This document shows, piece by piece, positions 52,124 to 64,000 of a stretch of 64,000 nt of DNA. The DNA lies in the NCBI GenBank assembly GCA_026026165.1, contig JAPEUD010000016.1, positions 248,001 to 312,000 on the forward strand, read 5' to 3'. The notes under the pieces are model-generated. The model saw only the letters and a program-made list of their open reading frames with translations, was not told the origin of the DNA and searched no databases. Every line of letters starts with the position of its first letter. The first letter of the stretch is position 1. Source of the stretch: Sarea resinae. Taxonomy: Eukaryota. A program made the translations under genes and the position numbers.

Positions 52124-54317
52124 GGTTAGAATTGTGTATATTGAAGTGGTGATTATCGGATTAGATGAAGAGCAGCTTCCGTACGAGGATCAGCAGCATA
52201 CTTGATTGCCTGCTCGGCCTGGATTGTTGCTTGATAGCTCGGTAAGTTTTCCCCTTCACTTCCCCACTCATCTCGGATCCCGGGTCCACAGAAGACGGTA
52301 CTCCAGGCATTGCAGTGCCCTTCTGGTGCAGAGTGACGCAAGCCTCTTGGCGTCCATTGGAAGATTCAGTATCCGAGCAGGGTTATGCCACGTCCTTGCC
52401 CGGAAGTCATCAAATCAACAAGAACAGGGCTGTCAAGACGTGGGGATGAACGGACGTCCAACTCGCTTCCGCTTCGCTTCTCCACTGCCCCGCATCCCCC
52501 GCAATTCATGGGAAGTAGCGCGACTCGGTCTTTCAATCCCCCACATAGAACACTAAATTGGGACGAATTAGAGGTGAGGATTTGGCGCTGCTGGTGTTTG
52601 CTTTCCTCGTGCAGAGCATTAATAATCGAGATCCGTCTCATATTGCCTTGGTCCGATGACATCTTGGGCTTATCTAGCGTTGATCTGAGGCATCTTCCGC
52701 CGTGCGGATCCGCATCAATCCTTAACGGTAACCGCACTTGGTGGGGTCTGGCTTGAGGAACTGCAGTGGCTGAATTTCTGATCCCAAGGAGTACGGTCAA
52801 TACGGCAAGAGGCCTCATCCACTGAAAATGCTTTGAGCGAAGACTCAACAAGCTCGTTCATTCTTCTGGGTAGCTTCCATCATTCCAGACTTTGGGGACC
52901 GTGAAAGTCAGCCACCAACGCCAAATATAAAGGCGGATCCGCATTGCTTGCACCCTTCCTGATATGGGAAGATCGATTAGCCGCGTTTTAGTAGGGGTCC
53001 CCTGACGGCCGATCTTTGCATTGCGTATCTTGAGATTGGGTTGCTTGATAATCCAGACCCAGAATCTGCCTTCGTGCGAGGCTACATCTCCGGGTGACCG
53101 CTTTATCTTCAAGCCGGTCATCTGAATATGCGTGGATCTGCTGTGCGCTGGGAGCTTGGTGGTGATCATTGAAGATGTAGTGGCCGCGCTCTTACAATAT
53201 GAGAATCCTGACCGAAGATCATCACAACCCGCACGAAAAGAAGGGCCCTTGCTTGCTGGTGGTATGCAGGTGACAATTATTGTAAGCTCGGGTATGGAAT
53301 GGCTGAAATTGATCGCACTGTTGCACGCTGCATACCTTGATTACCAACCTAAGCATACTACTGCGAGTGTTGTAACATTGAGCAGCTAAAAATCTTATCT
53401 GCGCGAAGAATTGTTACAGCCTCAAACGTAGACATCTCAGTAGATCCGCAAGGAAAGAGTTGATACACAGTCGACAGTAGTGCACAGGGCTGTGAAACCA
53501 ATATACTTCAAATGGTTGATTCGGTGATACGCTGCTCAAGCGGTAAACATGGCTGATATGAACTATAGAGATCAAGATCCTCTCAGGCTGCTAGATGAAG
53601 CTTATGTAAACATGAATATGGGAGGAATACGATTTTTCAACATTTATCGTCAAACGTCTCAGGCATTGTTTACACCGGGTGCTTCCTTCCTTTCTTTATT
53701 ACTTGGGTGGGAGAGGGGGATGGTACTGAAGGCCTAAATGGATTGGACGTTCCCTCCCTATTCGGGCAACCTCTCTGAATAGGACAGAGCTAACACCCAG
53801 GGAGATGGGTACTTTCCTTGCAGTAGGTAGTCATCAGTCTTGTCGAGGCTCACGACTATACAGAACACATCAACCTGTATAATCTAAAGGAGATCAAATT
53901 TGGCAGAGATATCATTGTTTTATTTCTTCAAGTATTTACTATATATGGAGCTATGTCTGAGTCCTGAATTCCTCGGTTGCACCGAACTAGCCGGTCAACC
54001 AGTACTACCTAATCATTTTCTGCGTCCGTCTGATCTCTGATGTTTCCCTAGTGTGTATATGTATGTCTCCCGGGAAGGGACGGAAAACAAAGGGCCCGAT
54101 ATCTGTGCTAATGCTCATGCTCATGCTCATGCTTATGCGGCCATGACTGCGAGCCCAAAGCGTGAGAAAGGAAATATGTGACGCAATGATGAGGTAGAGG
54201 TAAAAGGTCTCGAAGGTCGACACTTGCGGCTCGATGCAGCAGTGGTCTGTTTGCTTAATTGCAAGAAAAAAGAACTCCGTCCCTATGATACCAAGAATCT
54301 TCTTCATCATTCATCAT

Positions 54318-56578
54318 TCAATCGTTTAGCAGCCAATTTCCCACCATGCCCGCCGAATCTGTTGCACTGAAAAATTCAAATCCACCCCCACGATCTCCAA
54401 TATCCAGACCCAACGACTCGCTCGCAAAAGGCTGCAGTACATCCGTCGGCATATCAAACGGCATCTGTAAACCCCCATCCTGGGCCGTCTCACGCTCCGA
54501 GGGCGTGCGTAAACCCGCTAGCGTCCCTGCGGCTGAGAGCTCTGTCACCGTGGCAGGGACCACAGCGTTACTGCAGTTGCCCCCTGGAGTAGCTCCCATA
54601 CTGCCGTTGGCATTGAGGCAACTAACATTGTTCGAGGAAGAGGCAGAAGTGATATTAGTGCTCGTGGAATTGTTTCGGCCCCCGTTATTGTGGCTGTTGC
54701 AGAAGATAGCACTCCATTTCGGGCAGAGCTCAGGGCCAAACATGCTGAAGAATGAAAGCTGATCCGAACACATTGATGCCGGGCGGGAGGTGGATCCCGG
54801 TGGTTGGCGCGTCATAGCTTCGCTGAGTCGCTGGATGACATTTTGCGGTCCAAAGGCCGAGGGCCAAGTCTTGCCCAGCTCGCGGAGAGAGACTTTGATG
54901 GTTTCAAGTTCACGCTCCGAGGTGGCGCGTAGATCAGCAAAACGGTAGCAAGATAGTTGCTGTATTCCGGCCACGAGGAGATAAAAAGTGAAGATGGGGC
55001 CAAGGAAGCGAAGCTCGTCACGGGCAACAAAATCATCAAAAATGCCGGCGATGAAGGAAGAAGCCAAGACAGCGACACCTTGTGGGCGCTTATTGGGCGA
55101 GGTGGTGCGGTAGAGGATGCTGAGAATGGTGAAGTACGGAATATGAAGTTGTCGAGCCTCGAAGTTGTATGGCGCTAGCCTGCGCGGCTGGGTGCGGGAG
55201 TAAATGTGCAGGTCTTCGGGAAGCTCTCGTATCCAGCGCGTGACGTCTGTTTCAATGGCGACGCGCTTGGAGCGGGAGAGGTCGCCGCGGACGTAGCTTT
55301 CCGTGACGTTCCCGAGGATAGTGCAAACTTGGACGTAGGCTACGAAAAGGCGTGCATGGGGCTCTGAGGAGGAGAAATCGTCCAGCGTCAGGGGCCGAAC
55401 ATCACAATCGCCGTGGTCAATTGCTCTTGGTCTTCCCTGTCCAGAAGAGATCAGACAGTCTCTTGCCTAGAGGGATGTATTAGTCAAAGCTAGACACTTT
55501 CTCGTGCACAAAGAACTCACCCGTAGAGTCCACCACAGCCTTCTTCTCACAGCAGCATCTTTCGTGCCTGGTCGAGGCTCTCTGTGAAGGCCAATCTGGA
55601 CGGCAAGAGCGACGCCCATCCGAAGCCAAAAGGCGCTTGTATCCATCGATACATGCTCTGGCCCGCTAGGATTCCACCATTGCATCAAGCATATAGCAGT
55701 GATCACCGTCATTGTACTCTTCTCGTATCCCGAGAAAAAGAGCGCTTTTGCTCGTCGATATAATTCCTCACACGAAGCATAGGCTAACGGTTCCGAGCTG
55801 ATCCTGCTAGCGGCGAGGAAGACAGCTTGTTGAAGTAATATAGAAGATTCATTCTCTAATCTCGACCTACTCACAATAGGCATCCAAGGACTGCAGCGTA
55901 GCATGAAATCGTCTATTAATTTATTCCGTATGGATATAGGTGGTAGATCGAACGCATGCTGCATCTGGAGAATTTTCATATCTATGTCCGGTAGAGTCGC
56001 ATGGTGTGGAGGAGGATAATTCTTGGCCGTCTCTTCGTCTATCTGAACATCTCCATTGATATAGTCGCCGCGCCCCAGATAAGGCGTACTTTCAGGCACT
56101 TCTGGATTTGTGGATTGTACATCGAGTTGCGGAGGCCCCCATTCTGTAGGCGCAGGTGCCGGCCTTGGTTGAGATTCGGCGGGTTGGCTCAAGGGTGGGG
56201 GCGGTTTCTTTGGTTCTGGTAACGGGCTGAGCGTATAGCGTTTGCGCTTTCGTTCTCGCGGTCTATATCATGGTTCAGAATATTCCGCGCAAAAAGGTCG
56301 GGGTCGCAAATGGTACCGGCACTCGTATTGAAACGCTTGACAGTTAGAGCATGGCTGGCTCCCATCACCGGCTACATCGCAACGAATCTAATATCTCAAA
56401 GACGGTCAGCGCAATCAGGACGGACGGAATTGTAATTGCGCCATTGGGACTCCTGTAGCGGGCGAACCTTTCTTTTGTGGCAGATCACGCAAGCCCGGGC
56501 AGCGCGGGGCCTTTGAATACTATTACTGGAGGTTTGAGCAGAGGTAGAGGCGGAAGCGGACGCAGGCGTGGAACTCAT
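54318..56578 (-). CDS. Zn(II)2Cys6 transcription factor with fungal_trans middle homology region (CTF1-beta-like)
   Basis: RAARACVICHKRK|IRCDVAGDGSQPCSNCQAFQYEC|RPRERKRKRY; YRRAKALF, LMQWWNPSGPEHVS, QIGLHRE and RRRLWWTL. Three introns. Confidence 0.88.
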
Positions 56579-57335
56579 GGCCTGGCTGTTGAATCTTGGC
56601 GCGCACCTCCCTGACTTCGAGCGAGCAAAATGGGGGCCCGAGGAGCCAAGTGGGACTGTCGAAGCGGATGTCGCAAGCGGGAGGGAACAGACGAGGCATC
56701 AAGCATTCAGCATCTTTTCCATCAATCCGCAAACACTATATCTGGCGAGCAGAATAATTGTGAAGTTGCTAATCAATTCAATATAATTATGGAAGGAAAA
56801 GTCATTGGGTTGTGGGGTTGGTGGCTTGCGTATGGACCATGGCGGTTGGGCTCGATTCCCGTCCATCGTCCCTCCCGCGCGGCTTTCTCCACATAGTGGG
56901 AGAAGCGCGGGATGTCGCGATAAGACATGACGGCGGTGGCTGTTAATCTCAGTAGAGCAATAACCGATCTATCGTCTTGCGGCAATCCATGAATGAAAGA
57001 GCGATATATATGCGCCTTTTGTAGCAACAGAACATGAAATGCTGTTACGCTGTTGAGGGAAAAAGAAGGGGTGGCTCGTGAGTGTAACCTTCAGTGACAC
57101 ACTCCGTAGACTGTGAGACTGCAATTGATTGATCAAGAGATATGATATCAGCAGCAGCAGACCATGGCTCCAATTCTTTACTCTCGACACTCGAATGTGC
57201 AAAACAATTGAAAACTTCGAATCATTGTACTTTTCATATTTTCACGCGAGTGAATGAATATATAGTTATCATGTTCTTTAAATGAGATTGAAGTGCCATG
57301 ATGAAGCCCCCAACCGTGGTAACCATAAATGATAT

Positions 57336-59370
57336 CTATTCGTCTTCTTGGACAATCTCTTTGATACCTGCCTCGCCTCCAACACCACCGACACCCACTG
57401 CGGTCCTGAGCTCTGTCCCATTGCCGGTCCGTACCACTTCAACTACTCCTCCTTGAGACACGCCGTTACTTCCCGCTGTAGCAACTTCAGACATTTCTGT
57501 GTCGGCATTGCCAGAGGCAATCCCAGTTTCAGCGCCATTAGCAGAAGTTGCTGCTGCAACGACGGTGGATTGGACAATATTAGTGCCAGTGGTAGCATTG
57601 GTAGAGGAAGTACTGTGAGGACTGCCATCGAGAAGCCAGAAGTCGACTTCGTCAATAAGGTCGTACACGATGTCTTCGGCAATCTGTTCAGTATATCTTT
57701 CACTTAGGTCCCGAGCTGGCCTTCCTCTATTCGCACTACCATCACCGTCTCCTGTTCCTTCCATACTGATATCTCCATCCCCATCCCTCTCACTAGCCCC
57801 AACCTCTCCATTGATTCGGCTAACAGCCAGTCCCAATTCCAAGTCCTCTGGCGGACACCAGAACGAAGGTCCGAAATTTAACTCGACAGCCCCGCCCCGA
57901 AAAACACTCACGGCTGGGTAGTATCCCAAGGTTCCGTCATCTAAACCCTCTCGTGCGCCTGACCCAGGCTCGATTTTTGGTTTTGAGGCGGGAGGAAGAA
58001 ATGATAGGAGGGAGGAGAAGGGCGTGCCTATTAGAGTACCGTTTTTGTAGATCTTTATAAATGAAGATGGTAGGGTTCGAAGTGCTGGTGAAGGATGGTT
58101 AGGGTTAGGTGGCTGGGTGGCGGAGTTGTTTGGGTTTGATGAACTGGCAGATGAAGTCGTCGTGGCCGAAGGAGAAGGATTCATGAGATCTTCGAGTTCT
58201 TTAACAGGGTGGTATTCGATCTGTTCGAAATACAACAAGCCCCTGTACCGAATAGGGACTCGATCGCGAATTATGTCTAGGGCTTCACGAACGATGTTCG
58301 TGTTATCGTCCTCCAATTCGTCAGAAATGTCGACAGCGGGATTGTAGGTACCATCGACGACCTTGCGGTGTAAGGACAGCGATGGTAGATTAATCTCTAT
58401 GCCTATAACGTCGCCTTCGCAGATGGATTCGCCCGGCGGGAAGAAGTCCTTAGGACGCGACATATGGACTTTCTGACCATCGACGTCGCGAAGGCCGTAG
58501 CTGTAAGCGTCAAAGCCGACGGGAGCATCAAGGCTGGCTTCGCGCCGGGCCCAGCCTATGCGCACGTGGCCACCGCTGCCATCGTCTGCATTTTGTTGAC
58601 CAGGATTGATTGCATTTGTCGATGTGGGGTTTCTTATGCCGCTGAGGATTTTGCATTCCCAATACCATTTCCCTTCACGCACACCCACATTGGCGCGGGC
58701 CATGCGGAAGCCCTTGTCGGTTGTCACGGCTGTACCGGGTTGAGAAAAGAGGATATGGGACGAAGTATCTTCGAAATTAATGCGCGAGTGGAATGGTTCC
58801 GTTTCGGATTGGCGGTAGTAGAGGGAGGAAGGAAATTCAGGGTCGGCGATGCAGTGGGTGTAGCGGAAGCCTTTGCGGTTGTAAACACTGTATACGTGAG
58901 CGAAAAACACTGGCGAATGAGCTTAGGAGAAATTACTGCTCAGAACTTTCGTAGAATTGGATCTCCCCGTCACCTGGATAAGGTATGGCATGATGTGGAG
59001 TAAATATTGGAGCGCGGGGGACGTCGTAATCTGTTAGCTTTGGGGGTGGGAGCTTGTATCGTAGAGGAGTGAGAGCCGGAGGTGAGGCGGCGGTGACGGA
59101 TCCCTTGCGCTTGCGCTTGCTGCCCGTGTCCGGCGTGATTCCTCTCGTATCATGCAAGACTGACGCGCCTTTGGACTCTCTCTTCTTCAGCGACTCCTTT
59201 TTCTCGCGTTGTTCTCGAGTGGGAGCGCGTTCTCGGGGCTTTGATCGTGAAGGCGCAGTATCGGGATTTAGAGGCGAGGATACAGCTGGGATATGTTCAT
59301 CGTCCAATGGCCGTTTTGGGGGCATTGAAGAGGATGGCGACCCTCGGCCTGGTGACTGCGCATCTGCCAT
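57336..59370 (-). CDS. BRE2: COMPASS subunit Ash2/Bre2 (SPRY domain)
   Basis: FYESSEH|VYNRKGFRY (intron 58936-58888), GFRMARANVGVREGKWYWE, HVRIGWARREASLDAPVGFDAYSYGLRD, DDGTLGYYPAVSVF, and Sdc1-binding YTEQIAEDIVYDLIDEVDF. Confidence 0.92.
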
Positions 59371-59682
59371 TATGAAGATGGGCCGAGAGACATGCGATGT
59401 GGGATACGTCGTAGCTCTTGGTGTTCTTGCGTTGCAATAACGGTCCTCGGTCCTCGTCTGGCTTGGGATGCTCTCCGCACCTGGCTTGTAATTTGATTAG
59501 ATTAGATTAGATTAATCAAGTGATAAACTGATTAGCGACAATCGCCAACCAAAAAATGAATTTCGGGATCACACAGACATCAATTGTCCCCGCGAACATC
59601 ACAACCACATCTCTCGAATATACAACGGCCGAGTCTGGAATAGCAGCGACAGGCATTTCCACGTCTATTTGAAGACTTGACC

Positions 59683-61266
59683 ATGCCCAAAGCCACAACG
59701 CCTACGTCGGGCTCGCGACAAGCCAGACGGCATAATCCACTGTCCGAAGATTATCAAACGACGGGACCATTGCGCACGAAGTCTGGAAAGGCCAAATCCA
59801 AAAAGGGCGACGACGAAGATGAAGGAGACAAATTCGTGGATTCAAAGTCTTCGCGCCGGATTCTGAAATTTGGTCAAGAGCTGGTGGAAGAAGACCAAGC
59901 GGAGCAGAATACAGCAACCTCGAATACGGCATTCAACTTCGAGTCGCGATTTGGTGAAGACGATGATTCGGATGATGGACTACAATATAACGATGACGAC
60001 GCATGGGCAGCGGATGATGTCGAGGAGATTGTTGAAGAAGTAGTAAGTTTCTCTGTTGCCGGCGCATGGCCTCTCTAACCTAGCACTGCAGGAATTGGAC
60101 CCCGATGACCTAGAGATGTTCAACAAATTTCTACCTTCACATGAAGATCCTCTTCTACGGCAGGGGTGGAAACAAGGCGGTGAAAACGAGGAAGAAGAGG
60201 GCCAAGGTACCAACCTGGCTGATCTGATACTGGAGAAGATCGCTGCACATGAAGCAGCTCAAGCCGGCCTGCCCAGCGCCGAGGCGAATGAAATGCCCGA
60301 AGACGCTATAGAACTTCCCGCAAAGGTCGTAGAAGTCTACTCGAAGTGAGTCTTACAGGTCTGCCATATTCTATACAATTTGCCTAACAAAGACTTTAAG
60401 AATTGGCCTTCTCCTCTCCCGGTACAAGTCGGGCAAACTCCCCAAACCCTTCAAGATCATCCCGACGCTCCCACACTGGGAAGACCTCCTTTCTCTCACG
60501 CGCCCCGACTCCTGGACACCCAACGCCTGCTACGAAGCCACCAAGATCTTCGTCTCCTCGAAGCCAGCCATAACGCAACGATTCCTCTCAAACGTCATCC
60601 TGGACCACGTGCGCGAAGACATCCACGAAACCAAAAAACTCAACGTACACCTCTACAAAGCGCTCAAGAAAGCGCTCTACAAGCCCGCCGCCTTCTTCAA
60701 GGGCTTCTTGTTCCCTCTCGTCGCAGGCGGCACCTGCACCCTCCGCGAAGCCCACATCGTGTCATCTGTCCTCGCCCGCGTCTCCATCCCTGTCCTCCAC
60801 TCCGCCGCTGCGCTCCTCCGCCTCTGCGACATCGCCGCCGAGCAAACTTCCGTCTCTGCCGAGGGAGGTGGCGCAACCAATATTTTCATCCGCGTACTAC
60901 TCGAGAAGAAATATGCCTTACCCTACAAGGTAGTCGACGCGCTCGTCTTCCATTTCATGCGGTTCCGCGCCACCGATCCGGCCGACGCCCCTGCCGGTGG
61001 GCTCGATAGCTCGATGACCGGCGTCTCGGGCCCGGGAGCCAAGGACTTGAAATTGCCTGTGCTGTGGCACCAAAGTTTACTGGCGTTTGCGCAGCGGTAC
61101 CGTAATGATATCACCGAGGATCAGAGAGAGGCGTTGTTGGACCTGCTACTAGTGAGAGGCCACAAGGACATCGGACCCGAGGTGAGAAGGGAGTTGCTTG
61201 AGGGAAGAGGCAGAGGGGTTGTGGTTGAGCCGGTCGGAGTAGAAGGTGGTGATGATACGATGATGG

Positions 61267-61274
<8 letters not shown>
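59683..61274 (+). CDS. ENP1: Bystin / Enp1 (40S biogenesis factor)
   Basis: RRHNPLSED, SSRRILK, NLADLILEKI, SRYKSGKLPKPFK, KKLNVHLYKALKKALYKPAAFFKG, LLEKKYALPY and LPVLWHQSLLAFAQRY. Introns at ~60043-60091 and ~60346-60400. Confidence 0.95.

Positions 61275-61297
<23 letters not shown>
61267..61297. repeat. (TTGA)n microsatellite overlapping the ENP1 stop codon
   Basis: About 7.5 TTGA units. Confidence 0.9.
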
Positions 61298-61302
<5 letters not shown>

Positions 61303-62407
61303 ACGATTGATGAATCAAGTGATATGGTGGACATATCGGCGCTGGTTTCATTTTCCGCGTAGGTCGTTGTCGATCAATCCATCACATTGTCTCTACCTAC
61401 TCTAATCACCCACCCGTATCCATTTCATCATGATCATGTCCCTGCCTATTGTCCTCCACATTCAAAACCGCCTCGAGTCCTCAAACACATCCTCTTGCAT
61501 CGCTCTCGCTCTCTCAATTCAGGCGTCCGGCGTCTCAACATCTACATTCCCAGTTTCAATCGCGCCATCAATCCCGTTTAGTCTACTAGTCTAGCAACCT
61601 CCAAAAAAGAGAAAACAAAAGCAAAGTCCACTCCTAGGGTAGCCTCTGCGGTATCTGAGCTGTCCTTGTCAAGTGAGTCGGTCGTCGGTCATGCCCCCGT
61701 TCATATGTCTCGAGCAATACAGATAGAATCACAGAAACGGCCTCGCATGCTTGTCGGTGATGATGATGATGTGTGGGTGCGGGGCGCGGGGGTTTCTCCC
61801 AGTCTGCTTTTACTGAGATCGGGCAGTTTCGGATCTCAAGAGACCTTTACAGCACTGAGATCCTAGCCTGTCTTATGCGTACTCCCTGGCCTACGGACGA
61901 AGTGAGAAAGCAAGCCAGGAACCGAAGTTGAGTGCATCGTTTCAGTTGTATGTGGCTCCAGTGGACCGGTCAAGTATATAGATGGGAATGGTCCTCACCT
62001 CGATTACCAGAGATCTTACCTATGTAACCCCTACGAAGCAATTGTTTTCTGCTGCGAAGATACCCACGGGTACCTATTGGAGTAGTGGCTTATGTAAAGA
62101 AGATGTGTGGCCGATTCGAGTTTTGGACGTTTATCGTCGAACGTCTCATGGTTTGTTTACTCCGGCTACGTCCTTCCCGAAGTAGTAGTCGGCGGAGGAC
62201 ATTAACGCTCCTGAACTAAAGAAAGTTTCCTGTTCGGGCAGCCTTTTCTTGAATCACAACCAGAATCTGTCTGCTGTAGGAGACAAGAATGGGCTAGAGG
62301 AGCTCTTGAGAATTCATCAAATAATGAGCGAGCCAAATCTGAGCCCAACAATGCCTTTCGATCAACAGCCAACGTGTTATTCCTCGCTGATCCCATCCCC
62401 AGGCTAT

Positions 62408-64000
62408 TCATCTCGCACCTGAACTAAAACCAGCCCTTCCAATCCCACTTTTCTCACACATTTTCCTAAAGACGCCACCCGCCTCCCACAATTCCTTTGG
62501 CGTGCCTTGCTCCCCAACCTTGCCCTCCTCAATAACGATGACTCGGTCATAGCCCACGATAGTCCGCAATCGATGCGCAATGACAATCAGAGTGTTATCT
62601 CTGAAAGCTGTAGCCATGGTCCGTTGGATGACGAGGTCGGTATCCATATCTACAGAGGAGGTGGCCTCGTCGGCGACGATGATGCGGGTGTTGCGGATGA
62701 GGGCGCGGGCAAGTGCTAGGAGTTGGCGCTGGCCAAGGGAGAAATTAAGGCCTTCCTCTGATACAGGAGTCTCGAGGTGGATACGCTGGGTGGGAGAAGA
62801 TTGCGAAGAAGATGCGAGTGTATTGTTGGAATCGGAGTCCGAAGGGTTACCTCCATCAGCGGGTAGAAGATTTGCTTTTCTCAAAGCATTCCAGAGCTCA
62901 AGGTCGGTATGTTGGTTGAAAGGGTCAAGGTTCGAGCGAATGGTCCCCTTAAAGAGGGTGGGGTCTTGTGGGATGATGGTAAGGCGTTCACGCAGGTCCG
63001 AGAGGGGAATCGTGCTTATATCAATGTCGTCAATCGTTATTGTTCCTGCGGCAGGTTCGATGAGCCGGAAGAGCGCAGACATAATTGTGGATTTGCCTGC
63101 CCCTGTGCGGCCGACAACGCCGACGTGTTCCCCGGGGCGAACGTTCAGGGTCAAATCACGAAGAATGAGCGGAAGTCCATCTCGATAGCGCATTTGAACC
63201 TTATTGAAAGCGATCGCCCCTTCTTCTGGCCAGGAGGATGGTGGAGCTTTGATCGGTTCCCTAGGAGAGTCTTCCGCTTCTGCTCCGACTCCTGTCCCTT
63301 CTTCTTCCAAGGTCGTGTAGTAGTAATGAAGCCGCTCGGTTGCATTCATTGAATTCTCGACTTCAGCGAATTGCCGGACAGTTGCTTGCATGAGTTGGAC
63401 AACGGGTAAGACAGAGGACAGAATGACTCCCGCGATGCTAGGTGAGACGTTAATTTTGGATGTGGCGACTAGGATACCCGTCACGAAGACAAGAAGATTG
63501 CCAACACAATCAAGTCGGAATGTAAGCCATCTTTGATTCGCGACTGTCAGGTAATAGGCACTGTTCATGCTATCAATAGCTTCTTCGAGTTCCTTGACAA
63601 AAGCGTGCTGGACATTATATGCTCGGATGCATGCCACCCCAGCCAATGCCTCTCCAAATCGAGCAAACATATTGGAACGTTGGACGGCTTCGTGGCGCTT
63701 CATCTCTCGAGCAGATGCCCGGTAGTAGCCAGAGACGAAGACAAAGATCATGATCGAGGGTACAATCGCAATGGCGAAGTAGTAGTAGAAGACAATGGTG
63801 AGGATGAAGACTGCAACGATGCCAACTATGGTCATGAAGAATATACGCATAGAGTCCACAAGATTGTTATCCATGGTATCGACATCTTTTGCAAAGCGAT
63901 TCAGAATCCGGCCCATAGGCGTAGTCTCGAAAAATGACATGGGCGCATGGAGAACACGGTTTATCGCGCGAACATAGAACGCTTTGCTCGCTCGTGTGCC
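62408..64000 (-). CDS. ABCC/MRP-family ABC transporter (YOR1-like), 3' part: TMD2 + NBD2
   Basis: APMSFFETTPMGRILNRF, YYRASAREMKRHEA, NQRWL, ENSMNATERL; Walker A GRTGAGKS, signature NFSLGQRQLLALARAL, DEATSSVD, IAHRL. Confidence 0.92.
   Translation of the reverse strand, partial: GTRASKAFYVRAINRVLHAPMSFFETTPMGRILNRFAKDVDTMDNNLVDSMRIFFMTIVGIVAVFILTIVFYYYFAIAIVPSIMIFVFVSGYYRASAREMKRHEAVQRSNMFARFGEALAGVACIRAYNVQHAFVKELEEAIDSMNSAYYLTVANQRWLTFRLDCVGNLLVFVTGILVATSKINVSPSIAGVILSSVLPVVQLMQATVRQFAEVENSMNATERLHYYYTTLEEEGTGVGAEAEDSPREPIKAPPSSWPEEGAIAFNKVQMRYRDGLPLILRDLTLNVRPGEHVGVVGRTGAGKSTIMSALFRLIEPAAGTITIDDIDISTIPLSDLRERLTIIPQDPTLFKGTIRSNLDPFNQHTDLELWNALRKANLLPADGGNPSDSDSNNTLASSSQSSPTQRIHLETPVSEEGLNFSLGQRQLLALARALIRNTRIIVADEATSSVDMDTDLVIQRTMATAFRDNTLIVIAHRLRTIVGYDRVIVIEEGKVGEQGTPKELWEAGGVFRKMCEKSGIGRAGFSSGAR

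Noticed and set aside
58888..58936. Second branch/acceptor-like unit in the BRE2 intron
   Set aside because: It would define a ~27-nt intron and shift the frame, so it is unlikely to be used.

Overview
Filamentous ascomycete (Pezizomycotina) nuclear DNA with short introns. Mostly housekeeping genes: NTE1 (partial), ARP9, NCA2, pterin carbinolamine dehydratase, SEC4/Rab8, AFG2/DRG1, GH65 acid trehalase, GCV2, ERG25, an AlcR-like and a second Zn2Cys6 TF, a class C beta-lactamase-fold esterase, ASH2/BRE2, bystin/ENP1 and a YOR1-like ABCC transporter (partial). There are two accessory segments. (1) A degenerate SesB-like hydrolase/NB-ARC/TPR NLR gene (~11.3-15.0 kb) with an intact antisense 5S rRNA gene inside its coding region. 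(2) A ~7.6 kb RIP-mutated DNA transposon (~20.4-28.0 kb) with imperfect TIRs. It carries a RecQ-like helicase, a convergent DUF6589-type transposase (AcademH-like layout) and a third ORF with a Zn2Cys6-like cluster plus coiled coil. It sits in a divergent promoter whose own symmetric motif shares the TIR core GGTCTGAG. Smaller oddities are an intron-split start codon in ERG25, a GC-AG intron in SEC4, a mutated tandem copy of the AFG2 3' end, and an orphan Zn-cluster/coiled-coil gene. All calls come from manual reading and motif recall; no searches were run.
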